This document shows, piece by piece, positions 27,815 through 38,491 of a stretch of DNA of 64,000 nucleotides. The position numbers were made by a program, and so were the translations under genes. The notes beneath the pieces were generated by a model, which worked only from the letters and a program-made list of their open reading frames with translations, was not told where the DNA came from and did no database searches. The stretch lies in assembly GCA_963668315.1 (NCBI GenBank), contig OY764216.1, forward strand, positions 1,280,001 through 1,344,000. The letters are read 5' to 3'. This DNA is from Spirochaetia bacterium. GTDB lineage: Bacteria; Spirochaetota; Spirochaetia; DSM-2461. Position 1 is the stretch's first letter. The number at the start of each line of letters is the position of its first letter.

Positions 27815-28795
27815 ATGTCTTTTATCGATATGCACTGCGATACTCTGCTGCTTCCCTTTATGAAGAAGAAGGAGGGGAGCCTGCGAGATTTTCCCGAGGC
27901 TATGGTGGATCTGAAACGTTTGTCCGGAGCCGGAGCTGTCGCGCAGTTTTTCGCGATTTTCCTTCCCGACTGGGAATTAGCGGCAGGCCGGGGATGGGAC
28001 GTCATGGAGGATGAGCCGTATATCAAGCTGCACTATGAATACTTTACGAAGGAACTTGAAGCCCATTCCGATCTCGCCCTTCCTGCGACAAACGCGGAAG
28101 AGATACGCAGCAATAGGGCGGCGGGCAAGGTTTCCGCGGTCCTTACCATGGAGGACGGCCGGGCTGTCGACGGGCGGATGGAAAATCTTGAGCGGTTCTA
28201 CGATATGGGGATCAGGGCTATAAGCCTGACCTGGAATTCGGAGAACTGTTTCGGCTATCCCAATTCGAAGGATGCGGAGGTTATGGGGAAGGGACTCAAA
28301 TCTTTCGGCAAAGAGGCGGTCCGGAGGATGCAGGAACTGGGCATTCTCGTTGATGTTTCCCATCTTTCCGACGGGGGATTCATGGATGTGGCCGACGTCT
28401 GCACCAGGCCCTTTGTCGCTACCCATTCGAACTGCAGGACCGTCTGTCCCCACACCAGGAACCTTACGGACGATATGATTAAAGTCCTTGCCGGGGCGGG
28501 CGGCGTCTCGGGATTAAACTTCGGACCGGATTTTGTCGATCCGAACAGGGATAATCCCGTCTCCTCGGCGGCTCTGCTCGCCCTTCACGCCAGGCATATG
28601 GCCGATGTGGGCGGGGTCGATGTTGTGGCCCTTGGTTCCGATTTCGACGGCGTCGGGGGAGATCTGGAGATCTCCGACTGCAGCAAGGTCGCCCTCCTGG
28701 CGGATGCCCTCGAAAGAGAGGGCTTCAGGGAATCGGAGATTGAGAAAATCTTATGGAAGAATTCCATGAGGGTTATTGAAGCCGCCATGAATTAG
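27815..28795 (+). CDS. Membrane-dipeptidase family (M19) zinc dipeptidase
   Basis: DMHCD, LTWN, DVSHLS, ATHSN, RNLTD and LGSDFDG motifs; ATG 27815 follows AGGAGG. Confidence 0.92.
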   Translation: MSFIDMHCDTLLLPFMKKKEGSLRDFPEAMVDLKRLSGAGAVAQFFAIFLPDWELAAGRGWDVMEDEPYIKLHYEYFTKELEAHSDLALPATNAEEIRSNRAAGKVSAVLTMEDGRAVDGRMENLERFYDMGIRAISLTWNSENCFGYPNSKDAEVMGKGLKSFGKEAVRRMQELGILVDVSHLSDGGFMDVADVCTRPFVATHSNCRTVCPHTRNLTDDMIKVLAGAGGVSGLNFGPDFVDPNRDNPVSSAALLALHARHMADVGGVDVVALGSDFDGVGGDLEISDCSKVALLADALEREGFRESEIEKILWKNSMRVIEAAMN

Positions 28796-28867
28796 AAAGG
28801 GCGGGAAAAAAAACAGAAAAAAAGCGGGCTATATACCATAGCGCCGAAAATATTAAAGGAGAATACA

Positions 28868-29254
28868 ATGAACATTCCGGAAAATCTTAAATATACGAGA
28901 GAACATGAGTGGGTGATGGCCGAAGGGAATATCATCACCATCGGCATTACCGATTTCGCCCAGAGCGAACTGGGGGACATCGTTTACGTGGAGCTTCCCG
29001 AAGTGGACAGTGAGTTCGATGCAGAGGAATCCTTTTCCACCATCGAATCGGTTAAGGCGGCCAGCGACATTTTCATGCCCGTAGCCGGTACGGTCGTCGA
29101 AGTTAACAACGATCTGGAGGATAATTCCGCCGGCATCAACGAGGATCCCTACGGCAGCTGGATCGCCAAAGTGGAGATCAGCAGCAAAGATGACCTGGAC
29201 AATCTTCTTTCCCCCGGGGAATACCGGGAGTTCTGCGAGAAGGAACAGGGCTGA
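28868..29254 (+). CDS. gcvH: Glycine cleavage system H protein
   Basis: YTREHEW, GITDFAQSELGD and IESVKAAS (lipoyl-Lys) motifs. Confidence 0.97.
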   Translation: MNIPENLKYTREHEWVMAEGNIITIGITDFAQSELGDIVYVELPEVDSEFDAEESFSTIESVKAASDIFMPVAGTVVEVNNDLEDNSAGINEDPYGSWIAKVEISSKDDLDNLLSPGEYREFCEKEQG

Positions 29255-30598
29255 ATGATCCATCCCTTCATACCCCATACTTCCGAAGACAGGAAGGAGA
29301 TGCTTTCCGCCGTGGGCGCCGTCTCCGTGGATGACCTGTACAGGGACGTTCCCGTACAGGCCAGGCAGAAGAAGGATTTTCTTCCCCCGGGGATTTCCGA
29401 ATGGGAAGTCTCCCGGCGGATTGAGGCCCTGGCCGGGAAAAACGGTTCCTCCCGGCTTGTCTGCTTCAGGGGAGGCGGCGTGTATGACCATTACGTCCCC
29501 GCCCTGGTGGACAGCGTCATCTCCCGTTCCGAGTTCTATACGGCCTACACCCCCTATCAGCCGGAAATCAGCCAGGGTACCCTGCAGTATATCTTTGAGT
29601 ACCAGAGCATGGTCGCCGAGCTTACCGGCATGGATACGGTCAATGCTTCTCTTTACGACGGGGCCACCGCCGCCGCAGAGGCCATGATCATGGCCATGCA
29701 TGCCGCCCGGAGGCCGAAGGTCCTCGTTTCGGAGACGGTTAACCCCGGCGTCCGGCGGGTCCTGGCCACCTATGCCCGGTTCCACGGGGTAGTGCTGGAG
29801 ACGGTCCCCATGAAGGAAGGCGTCACGGACAGGGAAGCTCTGGACGGGCTGTGCGGTAAAGAAACCGCCGCCCTCATCGTGCAGAGCCCCAACTATTTCG
29901 GCCTCATCGAGGACACCTCCATCCTGTCCGAAAGGGTCCACGGGGAGAAGGGGCTCTTCGTGCAGATCGCCGACCCCCTTTCCCTGGCCCTGCTCAAGAC
30001 GCCCGGTGAGGTGGAGGCGGATATCGCCGTGGGCGAGGCCCAGCCCCTGGGGCTCTCCCTGAACTACGGCGGCCCCTATCTGGGGTATATCGGCACTACG
30101 AAGAAGTTCATGCGAAAACTGCCCGGCCGTATCTGCGGACAGACCGTTGACCGGGACGGCAAGCGCGCATTCGTTCTGACCCTGCAGGCCCGGGAACAGC
30201 ATATCCGTCGGGAGAAAGCCACGAGCAACATCTGCTCCAACCAGAGCCTCTGCTCCCTTTCCGCCGCGGTCTACATGGCCACCATGGGAAAGGAGGGCCT
30301 CAAGGAAGCGGCGGAGCAGTCCCTGCGCAAGGCTTTTTACGTTCTGAAGGAACTGGAAAAGACGGGAAAGTGGGAAGCTGTCTACCCGGGATCCTTCTTC
30401 AGGGAATTCCTCGTGCGCCCCAAAGGGGGAGACGAATCGGCCCTGATAAATATGGACCGCAAACTGGAAGAGGCTGGTCTCCTGGGAGGCATGGCCCCCG
30501 AGGGTTTTGATCCGGCTACCCGCCTGATCAGCGTGACCGAGAAACGGAGCCGGGAAGAGATGGACCTGCTTGTGAAGATAATGGGAGAAGCCCTGTGA
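29255..30598 (+). CDS. gcvPA: Glycine dehydrogenase subunit 1
   Basis: [16 protein letters not shown] and [18 protein letters not shown] motifs. Confidence 0.97.
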   Translation: MIHPFIPHTSEDRKEMLSAVGAVSVDDLYRDVPVQARQKKDFLPPGISEWEVSRRIEALAGKNGSSRLVCFRGGGVYDHYVPALVDSVISRSEFYTAYTPYQPEISQGTLQYIFEYQSMVAELTGMDTVNASLYDGATAAAEAMIMAMHAARRPKVLVSETVNPGVRRVLATYARFHGVVLETVPMKEGVTDREALDGLCGKETAALIVQSPNYFGLIEDTSILSERVHGEKGLFVQIADPLSLALLKTPGEVEADIAVGEAQPLGLSLNYGGPYLGYIGTTKKFMRKLPGRICGQTVDRDGKRAFVLTLQAREQHIRREKATSNICSNQSLCSLSAAVYMATMGKEGLKEAAEQSLRKAFYVLKELEKTGKWEAVYPGSFFREFLVRPKGGDESALINMDRKLEEAGLLGGMAPEGFDPATRLISVTEKRSREEMDLLVKIMGEAL

Positions 30599-32052
30599 TG
30601 AGAGAATATGACCAGTTGTTAAAGGAAATATCCCGTCCCGGAAGACGGGGCTATACCCTGCCGTCCTGCGACGTCCCCGAGGCGTCCCTTGATGAGATGC
30701 TGCCCGGGAATCTGCGCCGGGAAAAGGATGCGGAACTGCCCGAAGTGGCCGAGGTGGACATCATTCGCCACTACACCAATCTGTCCAATAAGAATTTCGG
30801 CGTGGATACGGGTTTCTATCCCCTGGGGTCCTGTACCATGAAGTACACTCCCAAGATCAACGAGGTATTGTGCCGGCTTCCCGAATTCGTCCGGCTCCAT
30901 CCGGCGGGAGATCCCCAAAGCAGCCAGGGCGCCCTGGAGCTGATACACAAGCTGGGGGAGGCCCTCTGCGGCATCACCGGGATGGATGCGGTCACCACGG
31001 CTCCCTTCGCCGGAGCCCACGGGGAACTGACCGGCCTCATGATCATCAAGGCCTACCACGAGAGCCGGAACGACCTCAGGCGTAAGAAGATCATCGTGCC
31101 CGACTCGGCCCACGGAACCAACCCTGCCAGCGCGGCCGTCTGCGGTTTCGAAGTTACGGAGATCGCCTCCACTCCCGAGGGAATGGTGGACCTGGACGCC
31201 CTTAAGGCGGCCCTGAGCGAGGAAACCGCCGGGCTCATGCTCACCAATCCCACCACCTTCGGCCTTTTCGAGGGGAATATTCTGGAAGTGGCTTCCCTTG
31301 TTCATGAAGCGGGAGGGCTCCTCTACTACGACGGGGCCAACCTGAATCCCATCCTGGGCCACTGCCGCCCCGGCGACATGGGCTTCGACGTGGTCCATAT
31401 GAACCTGCACAAGACCTTTTCCACGCCCCATGGAGGCGGCGGACCGGGAAGCGGTCCGGTGGGCGTTAAAGCCCTGCTGGAACCCTTTCTGCCCGTTCCC
31501 GTCGTTTCCCATGCGCGTGAAGGCTACGGTCTGGACTGGGACCGGCCCCTCTCCATCGGATCGGTGGGCCGCTGGTACGGGAACTTCGGCGTTCTCGTCA
31601 GGGCTTACGCCTATATCCTCATGATGGGGGCCGACGGCCTGAAGATGGCCGGGGAGACGGCGGTGCTCAACGCCAACTATATGAAGGAGAAGCTCAAAGG
31701 GGTATACAATCTGCCCATCGACAGGAGCTGCATGCACGAGTTCGTTCTGAACAGCAAGAACTTCGAAGGCATCCACACCATCGACATCGCCAAGCGTCTT
31801 CTGGACTTCGGCTATCATCCCCCCACGATCTACTTCCCCCTCACCATAGAGGAGGCGATTATGATTGAACCGACGGAGACCGAATCGCGGGAGACTCTGG
31901 ACGGCTTCATCGACGTGATGACGAGGATCGCCGAAGAGGCGAAGACCGACCCGGAGCTGCTGCACAACGCCCCTCACAATACGCTGGTCAGAAGACTGGA
32001 TGAGGTAAGCGCAGCAAGAAAACCGATTCTTACCTGGAATCAGGAGGACTGA
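30595..32052 (+). CDS. gcvPB: Glycine dehydrogenase subunit 2
   Basis: [19 protein letters not shown] and [16 protein letters not shown] (PLP-Lys) motifs. Confidence 0.97.
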   Translation: MMREYDQLLKEISRPGRRGYTLPSCDVPEASLDEMLPGNLRREKDAELPEVAEVDIIRHYTNLSNKNFGVDTGFYPLGSCTMKYTPKINEVLCRLPEFVRLHPAGDPQSSQGALELIHKLGEALCGITGMDAVTTAPFAGAHGELTGLMIIKAYHESRNDLRRKKIIVPDSAHGTNPASAAVCGFEVTEIASTPEGMVDLDALKAALSEETAGLMLTNPTTFGLFEGNILEVASLVHEAGGLLYYDGANLNPILGHCRPGDMGFDVVHMNLHKTFSTPHGGGGPGSGPVGVKALLEPFLPVPVVSHAREGYGLDWDRPLSIGSVGRWYGNFGVLVRAYAYILMMGADGLKMAGETAVLNANYMKEKLKGVYNLPIDRSCMHEFVLNSKNFEGIHTIDIAKRLLDFGYHPPTIYFPLTIEEAIMIEPTETESRETLDGFIDVMTRIAEEAKTDPELLHNAPHNTLVRRLDEVSAARKPILTWNQED

Positions 32053-33162
32053 ATGGCTGATTTGAAAAAAACCCCCTTGAACGACATCCACAGAGAGCTG
32101 GGTGCCCGCATGATCGATTTCGGCGGATGGGACATGCCCGTACAGTATTCGGGACTGATCGATGAACACAGGGCCGTCCGGGAAAGGGCGGGCCTTTTCG
32201 ACGTGTCCCATATGGGCGAGTGCCGCATTACCGGCAGCGAAAGCGAAACGGCCGTGAACCGGCTCGTGACCAACGATATCGCGGCGATGGCCGACGGGCA
32301 GATCATGTACAGCCCCATGTGCAACGAACGGGGTGGCACGGTGGACGACCTTATCGTCTACCGTCTGGACAGGGAGAATTATTTCCTGGTTATCAATGCC
32401 TCCAACACGGATAAGGACGTCGCCTGGATCAAGGAGCATACGAAGGATTTCGATGTGACCGTGACCGACGAGTCCCCCCTCTGGGGACAGCTGGCCCTCC
32501 AGGGACCGGAAGCCCAGGCCATCCTGTCCGATCTGGTGGATTTCAATCCCGGGGATATCGGCTTCTTTACTTTCCGGATGGTATCCGTGGCCGGGCTGGA
32601 CGTGATCCTTTCCCGTTCCGGCTATACCGGCGAGGACGGATTCGAGCTTTACTGTTCCGACGGCGACACGGCGGCTCTCTGGACGAAACTGATCCAAGCC
32701 GGGGAAAACCGGGGGATTCTTCCCTGCGGCCTGGGCGCCCGGGATACCCTGCGGTTTGAGGCGGCCCTTCCCCTGTACGGCAATGAGCTGGGCGATGACA
32801 TTTCCCCCCTGGAAGCGGGGCTGGGAATCTTCGTCAAGCTGGAAGGGGAGGACTTTATCGGCCGGGACGCGCTTCTCAAACAGAAGACTGAAGGCCTGAG
32901 GAGAAAAATCATCGGTTTTGAGATGACCGGCAAGGGGATTCCCCGTCACGGCTATCCCGTCTATGATGCCCGGGAAAACGAGATCGGCGTGGTCACCACG
33001 GGCTATGCGGCCCCTACCGTGGGAAAGACCGTCGGCCTGGCCCTTATCGATGCCGGTTCGGCCGCCCTGAAAACGGAGATCCTCATAGGCATAAGAGCCA
33101 AAAAAGCAGCGGCCGTCGTCTGCAGCAAGCGCTTTTACTCTAAGAAATATAAGAAAGACTGA
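32053..33162 (+). CDS. gcvT: Aminomethyltransferase (glycine cleavage T protein)
   Basis: FGGWDMPVQY, GLFDVSHMG, GYTGEDGFE and GLGARDTLRFEA motifs. Confidence 0.97.
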   Translation: MADLKKTPLNDIHRELGARMIDFGGWDMPVQYSGLIDEHRAVRERAGLFDVSHMGECRITGSESETAVNRLVTNDIAAMADGQIMYSPMCNERGGTVDDLIVYRLDRENYFLVINASNTDKDVAWIKEHTKDFDVTVTDESPLWGQLALQGPEAQAILSDLVDFNPGDIGFFTFRMVSVAGLDVILSRSGYTGEDGFELYCSDGDTAALWTKLIQAGENRGILPCGLGARDTLRFEAALPLYGNELGDDISPLEAGLGIFVKLEGEDFIGRDALLKQKTEGLRRKIIGFEMTGKGIPRHGYPVYDARENEIGVVTTGYAAPTVGKTVGLALIDAGSAALKTEILIGIRAKKAAAVVCSKRFYSKKYKKD

Positions 33163-33167
33163 TTCCC

Positions 33168-34088
33168 ATGAAAGACATGAACAAAAACTGCAAAATCGCC
33201 GTGGTACAGGCCGCTCCGGTGCTGTTCGATAAAACGGCTTCTACGGAGAAAGCCGTCAGGCTGATCAAGGAAAGCGCAGAACAGAAGGCCGAACTGATTG
33301 TACTGCCCGAACTGTTCATCCCCGGTTATCCCTACGGGATGTCCTTCGGATTTACCGTGGGAAGCCGCAGCGCCGAAGGCCGAAAGGATTGGATGCGTTA
33401 TTATGAGAATTCCATCCTGGTTCCGGGACCGGAAACGGACCTGCTGGCTGCCGCAGCCAAAGAGGCCCATGCCTGGGTCAGTATCGGTGTCTCTGAGAGG
33501 GACTCGGTGAGCGCCACTCTGTATAACAGCAATCTTATCTTTTCTCCCGAAGGAGAACTGGATTCGGTTCACAGAAAACTGAAGCCCACCGGCTCCGAGC
33601 GGGTAGTCTGGGGGGATGGAAACAGGGATTACTTTCCCGTCTCCGAAACTCCCTGGGGGCCGATGGGCAGCCTGATCTGCTGGGAAAGTTATATGCCTCT
33701 GGCCCGGGTGGCCCTTTATCAGAAGGGACTCACTATCTATATTTCCCCGAATACGAACGATAATGAGGAGTGGCAGGCGACGATCCGCCATATTGCCATG
33801 GAAGGGCGCTGCTTTTTCATCAACTGCGATATGTTTTTTACCCGGGATACCTATCCCGATGATCTTCACGGCAAAGATGAGATCGAAAAGCTGCCCGATG
33901 TGGTATGCCGGGGAGGCAGCTGCATTGTCGATCCCTACGGACATTATCTTACCCAGCCCGTATGGGACAGGGAAGAGATCATTTTCGCCGAGCTGGATAT
34001 GGATATGGTTCCGGCCAGCCGGATGGAGTTTGATGCCTGCGGCCATTATGCCCGACCGGATGTTCTGGAGTTAAGAGTACACGAATAG
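33168..34088 (+). CDS. Nitrilase (class 1-like carbon-nitrogen hydrolase)
   Basis: PELFIPGYP, HRKLKPT, ICWESYMPLAR and FDACGHYARPD motifs. Confidence 0.9.
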   Translation: MKDMNKNCKIAVVQAAPVLFDKTASTEKAVRLIKESAEQKAELIVLPELFIPGYPYGMSFGFTVGSRSAEGRKDWMRYYENSILVPGPETDLLAAAAKEAHAWVSIGVSERDSVSATLYNSNLIFSPEGELDSVHRKLKPTGSERVVWGDGNRDYFPVSETPWGPMGSLICWESYMPLARVALYQKGLTIYISPNTNDNEEWQATIRHIAMEGRCFFINCDMFFTRDTYPDDLHGKDEIEKLPDVVCRGGSCIVDPYGHYLTQPVWDREEIIFAELDMDMVPASRMEFDACGHYARPDVLELRVHE

Positions 34089-34094
34089 GGACGC

Positions 34095-34130
34095 TCCCCG
34101 GGGGGAGGGGAGTAGCCCTCTCCCCGGGGA
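34095..34130. terminator. GC-rich hairpin between convergent genes
   Basis: Inverted repeat TCCCCGGGGGGAGGG...CCCTCTCCCCGGGGA. Confidence 0.6.
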
Positions 34131-34133
34131 TTC

Positions 34134-36380
34134 TTAATCCGTCAGTACAGGAAGCTCAATGGTAAAAGTCGTTCCATGGCCAACCCGGCTCTGCAGGCTT
34201 ATATTGCCCTTGTGCTGCTTGACCACCCCCAGAACGGAGGGCAAGCCCAATCCGGTCCCCTGGCCGATTCCCTTGGTCGTGAAAAAGGGGTCGAATATTT
34301 TATCCCGTATCTCCTCCGGTATCCCCCCTCCCGTATCGGAGACATCTATGATCAGATAGGTCCCCGCTTTCAAGGTATTGCCGTCCGAAAGAATCCGGTC
34401 CTCCGGGAATGACGTATTCCATGTCCGGAATGACAGAGCCCCTCCCTCCGGCATCGCCTGTGCCGCATTGATTCCCAGGTTCATGAAAAGGCTCTGGAGC
34501 TGGGCCAAATCTCCCATGACGCCGTTCTCTTCGGCCTGGTAATCTTCTGCTATGACGATATTTTTATTGAGGCTGTGCTTGAGAATCTCTATGGTCTGCT
34601 GAAGAAGGAGCTGTACGTTCTGAGGGGAGAAGACCTTATTGGCCTTTCGCGAGAAGGTGAGCAGTTTCTGTGTAAGGTCCGCCGCCCTCATGGACGCTTC
34701 TTCTATGTTCTTCAGGTATAATTCGGCGTCACTGTTCTTTTCGGTCATCTTTTCAAGATACTCCAGGGAGTGCAGAATGGCGGTAAGCATGTTATTGAAA
34801 TCGTGTGCCACCCCACCGGCCAGCTGTCCTATCGCCTCCATTTTCCGGCTGTGAAGAAGCATCTCCTCCATCTGGGTCCGCTCTGTCACATCATCCATGC
34901 GGATTACGGAGTGCTCTTTCTGTTTATCCAGGGGATAGACGGTTATCTCGTAATAAGTTCTGTCTCCTGAGGCTGTCGGGATGTTCAGGACAATGTTGTC
35001 CGAAGTGACCGTTCCCGACTCCAGCCCCCTCTCTATTACCGACTGGGCGTTCTCAAAATCCTTCAGAAGCTCCATCACAGGCCGGTTCAGCGCTTTCATT
35101 TTGCTGACATTTGTATATTGAATGGCTTTGTCATTAAGGAATATGACATTCTTCTGCCTGTCCACTCCGATAATTATGGAAGGCATGGAATTAATGATGC
35201 TGTTAAGCTGTACCGTCAGGTCGCTTCTTGTCTTCTCATAGTCCAGGATGGACGAGGTCATCTTCTCTACGGCTGTTCCCACCGATTCAATTTCCGACAC
35301 GGAACGGAATTTTTTCCGGTAGAGGGTATGATAGGAGTAGAACTGATGCAGCCCCATCACCATATGGTTCATGGGCCGCGTGAGGGAACGGGTGAACCAC
35401 AGGGTGAGAATGATGAGGGACAATCCCATCATGACGGACAGGATATAACCCATCCGCAGCAGTTTGCTTACGGGGTTCATGATCTCGCTGACATAACCGG
35501 AGGCCACGACATACCAGCCGAAGGGCTCTATGATCATCGCCAGGGCGTATTTTTCTTCATCCCGCCCCGTAACGGGATCGGTCCACAGGTAATAATAGAA
35601 ATCCCCCATGTTCTTGAGCATTTCATGGGTTATGAAAGAGTTGTCAGGACCCTGAAGGTCGTAGACATTCTCCCCTTCCAGATGGGGATGTATCCGCATG
35701 ATGAAATGGGAATCCATGAGGAAAAAATATCCCCTCTCCTTGATCTTGAATGAGTTGATTATTCCCCTGAGGTCTTCCACGCTGATCAATTGATAAAGCT
35801 CTTCCTCATAGGTCGTGGCTCCCAGATTCCAATCCCACGGCTCAAAATACTCCATGTAGGCGACTTTCTTTTTAGAGCTCTTATCCTGGGGGTTCTGCCA
35901 GTCGTAGGAACCGAAACCGATTACATTGTCCCTGCGGTTTTGGTAGGCCGAAGTGGAGCTCACATCCACTCCCCGGAGGTAGGGGTGAATCTCCATGAAA
36001 ATCCCGTCCTCCCTCTCCTGCAGCGCCATGATATAGCCGCTGTCACCGATCTGCCGACTCTTCGCATATTCCTGATAGAGATCTTTTGCGTCATCAAGAG
36101 TCAGATCGCCCCGTTCCACCCGCTCGTTCAATCTATCCAGGTATTCTAGGTTCATGTCGACGATACTGCGGAGATAATTGGCGATAGCCGTTTCTATAAG
36201 GCTTTTCGTGGCGCTGTAAACCGATTCTATCTGAGTTTTCAGGTCATGCTGGGCCGATTGAATAAGGCTCCTCTGGATTATCGTCGTATTGATAAGCAGG
36301 AGAATGAGAATATATGACAAAGTATAAGTTCCATAGTAGAGGAATATTTTATTGCGAAGTTTCATCGTTCCCTGCCTCAT
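34134..36380 (-). CDS. Membrane sensor histidine kinase (Cache x2, HAMP-like, PAS, HisKA, HATPase)
   Basis: Two TM segments; Cache-like 'GYFF..HP..EG.N' repeats; AGGVAHDFNN H-box; DTGGG, FDPFFTTK and GTGLGL boxes. Start is 36380 or 36365. Confidence 0.9.
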   Translation of the reverse strand: MRQGTMKLRNKIFLYYGTYTLSYILILLLINTTIIQRSLIQSAQHDLKTQIESVYSATKSLIETAIANYLRSIVDMNLEYLDRLNERVERGDLTLDDAKDLYQEYAKSRQIGDSGYIMALQEREDGIFMEIHPYLRGVDVSSTSAYQNRRDNVIGFGSYDWQNPQDKSSKKKVAYMEYFEPWDWNLGATTYEEELYQLISVEDLRGIINSFKIKERGYFFLMDSHFIMRIHPHLEGENVYDLQGPDNSFITHEMLKNMGDFYYYLWTDPVTGRDEEKYALAMIIEPFGWYVVASGYVSEIMNPVSKLLRMGYILSVMMGLSLIILTLWFTRSLTRPMNHMVMGLHQFYSYHTLYRKKFRSVSEIESVGTAVEKMTSSILDYEKTRSDLTVQLNSIINSMPSIIIGVDRQKNVIFLNDKAIQYTNVSKMKALNRPVMELLKDFENAQSVIERGLESGTVTSDNIVLNIPTASGDRTYYEITVYPLDKQKEHSVIRMDDVTERTQMEEMLLHSRKMEAIGQLAGGVAHDFNNMLTAILHSLEYLEKMTEKNSDAELYLKNIEEASMRAADLTQKLLTFSRKANKVFSPQNVQLLLQQTIEILKHSLNKNIVIAEDYQAEENGVMGDLAQLQSLFMNLGINAAQAMPEGGALSFRTWNTSFPEDRILSDGNTLKAGTYLIIDVSDTGGGIPEEIRDKIFDPFFTTKGIGQGTGLGLPSVLGVVKQHKGNISLQSRVGHGTTFTIELPVLTD

Positions 36381-36646
36381 CTCCGTATATCAGGCGAGCT
36401 TTTTCCTTAATTATAGAACAAATAGACGGCTATTGCGAATGGGAGAGGTTTCCCCGCCGTAAACGGCATAAATTGTCCATCGGGAAAATTCTGACACAGT
36501 GGGGAATTCCCGGCAGAATAAAATAATGACACAGACAGGAAGGAATCTGTCAATTTACAGATCAAAATTCCGGTCCCTATAATATCCCATCGTTTCATGA
36601 AAACTTAAGGCTTTGTCAATGTCGCAAAACTAAGAGAAAAGGTGGA

Positions 36647-37597
36647 TTGTTTATTTTGGCTAAGAGAGAGGGAAGAGAGTTGCGCCCCGGCTTTACGTCG
36701 AGGTGCAAAAGTGATTTTACGAGAAACAAGGGACTGTATCTTCTGTTCATTCCCGTTCTGGTATATTACATCATATTTCAGTATTGTCCGATGTTCGGTC
36801 TGACAATCGCATTTAAAAACTATACGCCCAGCAGGGGGTTTTTAGACAGTCCCTGGGTGGGGCTCAAGCACTTTGTTGCTTTCTTCAACGATTACTATTT
36901 CGCCCGGGTATTTTTCAATACGATCAGAATCAGTGTGGCCACCCTTGTTTTCGGGTTTCCCATGCCCATCATTCTGGCCCTTCTGATTAATGAGCTCAAG
37001 ACGAAAAGATACTCCCGGATTGTCCAGACCATATCCTACATACCCCATTTTATCTCTGTTGTCGTTGTCATCGGGATCATGGTTCAGCTTACGGCGCGGG
37101 AGGGCGCGGTTACCCAGTTCCTGGCTCTCTTCGGTTTTGAGCCGGTCACCATGCTTAACGAGCCGAAGCTTTTCACGCCCCTGTATGTCTTCTCCTATAA
37201 CTGGCAGACCATAGGCTGGAACTCCATAATCTATCTGTCCGCTCTCATGGCGATTGATATGGAGATGTATGAAGCGGCCATGATTGACGGCGCCGGCAGG
37301 TTCAGGCAGATTCTCAGCATCACTCTGCCCTGTCTTCTGCCCACCATCGTGATTATGCTGATTCTTCAGATCGGCAAGATGTTCAATGTGGGATACGAGA
37401 AAATCCTGCTGATGTACAATCCGCTGACCTATGAGAAGGCCGACGTCATATCCACCTATGTCTACAGGAAGGGGTTGCTTGAGTTCAACTGGAGCTACAG
37501 CGCCGCCGTGGGAATGTTCAACTCCGTGGTGAGTTTCACCCTGGTATTTCTGTCAAATAAGATCAGCCGCCATGTCAGCGGCAACAGTTTGTGGTAG
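36647..37597 (+). CDS. Carbohydrate ABC permease (LplB/YteP type)
   Basis: SPWVGLKHF, YIPHFIS and YEAAMIDGAGR (EAA loop) motifs; TTG start uncertain. Confidence 0.92.
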   Translation: MFILAKREGRELRPGFTSRCKSDFTRNKGLYLLFIPVLVYYIIFQYCPMFGLTIAFKNYTPSRGFLDSPWVGLKHFVAFFNDYYFARVFFNTIRISVATLVFGFPMPIILALLINELKTKRYSRIVQTISYIPHFISVVVVIGIMVQLTAREGAVTQFLALFGFEPVTMLNEPKLFTPLYVFSYNWQTIGWNSIIYLSALMAIDMEMYEAAMIDGAGRFRQILSITLPCLLPTIVIMLILQIGKMFNVGYEKILLMYNPLTYEKADVISTYVYRKGLLEFNWSYSAAVGMFNSVVSFTLVFLSNKISRHVSGNSLW

Positions 37598-37608
37598 GGG
37601 GAGAGACT

Positions 37609-38481
37609 ATGAGAAAGAAGAGATCCGTCGGAGAAATCATCTTCGATAATATAAATATTCTGATAACGGGGCTGCTGGCGCTGATAATACTCCTGCCCCT
37701 TTTGAATATCCTGTTTGCTTCGGTCAGCGATCCCATCATGGTGATGAAGCACCAGGGCCTTTTTCTGAGGCCCTACGGATTCGGCCTGGAGACCTATAAA
37801 TCCGTCCTCAGTAATCCGAACATCATTATCGGGTACCGGAACACCCTGTTTATTGTTCTCGTCGGAACATCCCTTAATGTGATACTGACTCTGATCGGGG
37901 CCTATGTCCTATCCAGGAAGAACGTTCTCTGGAACACCTTCTTTACCCTGATGATCGTGTTTACCATGTATTTCCAGGGGGGGACCATTCCTCTCTATCT
38001 GACCGTTAACGCCATCGGACTGAGCGATTCCATCTGGGCGCTGATCTTTCCCGTGGCCATTAACACATTCAACCTGATTGTGATGAGAACCGCCATGGCC
38101 GCCGTACCGGAGAGCCTCCCCGAATCGGCCATGATGGACGGGGCCGGCCATTTCAGGACCCTGTTTCAGATCATGGCGCCCGTGTGCCAGTCAACCGTCG
38201 CCGTTATCGTTCTTTTTTATGCGGTAACCCACTGGAACGCCTGGTTCCATGCCATGATCTTTCTGCGGCAGAGGACCCTGTTTCCCCTGCAGCTGGTACT
38301 GAGGGAGATCCTGATCCAGGATGACACGACCTTTATGTCCGCCGGTGACGACCTGGGTTTTGTCAGCGATACGATCAAATACACGACGATCGTCGTGGCG
38401 ACGCTGCCCATCCTGTGTATCTATCCGTTCCTTCAGAAATATTTTGTTACGGGCGTCATGATTGGCGCAGTCAAAGGATAG
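37609..38481 (+). CDS. Carbohydrate ABC permease (LplC/YtcP type)
   Basis: ESAMMDGAG, HWNAWF and YPFLQKYFVTG motifs. Confidence 0.92.
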   Translation: MRKKRSVGEIIFDNINILITGLLALIILLPLLNILFASVSDPIMVMKHQGLFLRPYGFGLETYKSVLSNPNIIIGYRNTLFIVLVGTSLNVILTLIGAYVLSRKNVLWNTFFTLMIVFTMYFQGGTIPLYLTVNAIGLSDSIWALIFPVAINTFNLIVMRTAMAAVPESLPESAMMDGAGHFRTLFQIMAPVCQSTVAVIVLFYAVTHWNAWFHAMIFLRQRTLFPLQLVLREILIQDDTTFMSAGDDLGFVSDTIKYTTIVVATLPILCIYPFLQKYFVTGVMIGAVKG

Positions 38482-38491
38482 GGAGAGAACT

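Noticed and set aside
30619..32949. 776-aa antisense ORF over gcvPB-gcvT (also 28853-30202, 43270-45270, 55347-56915, 41602-42813 and similar)
   Set aside because: These are shadow ORFs opposite well-supported genes. GC-rich codon usage depletes antisense stops, and the translations show no recognisable motifs.
36435..36470. Glycine-riboswitch-like start (GGGAGAG...CCGCCG)
   Set aside because: It lacks the GAAG and CTCAGG elements and a second aptamer, and is not upstream of gcv.
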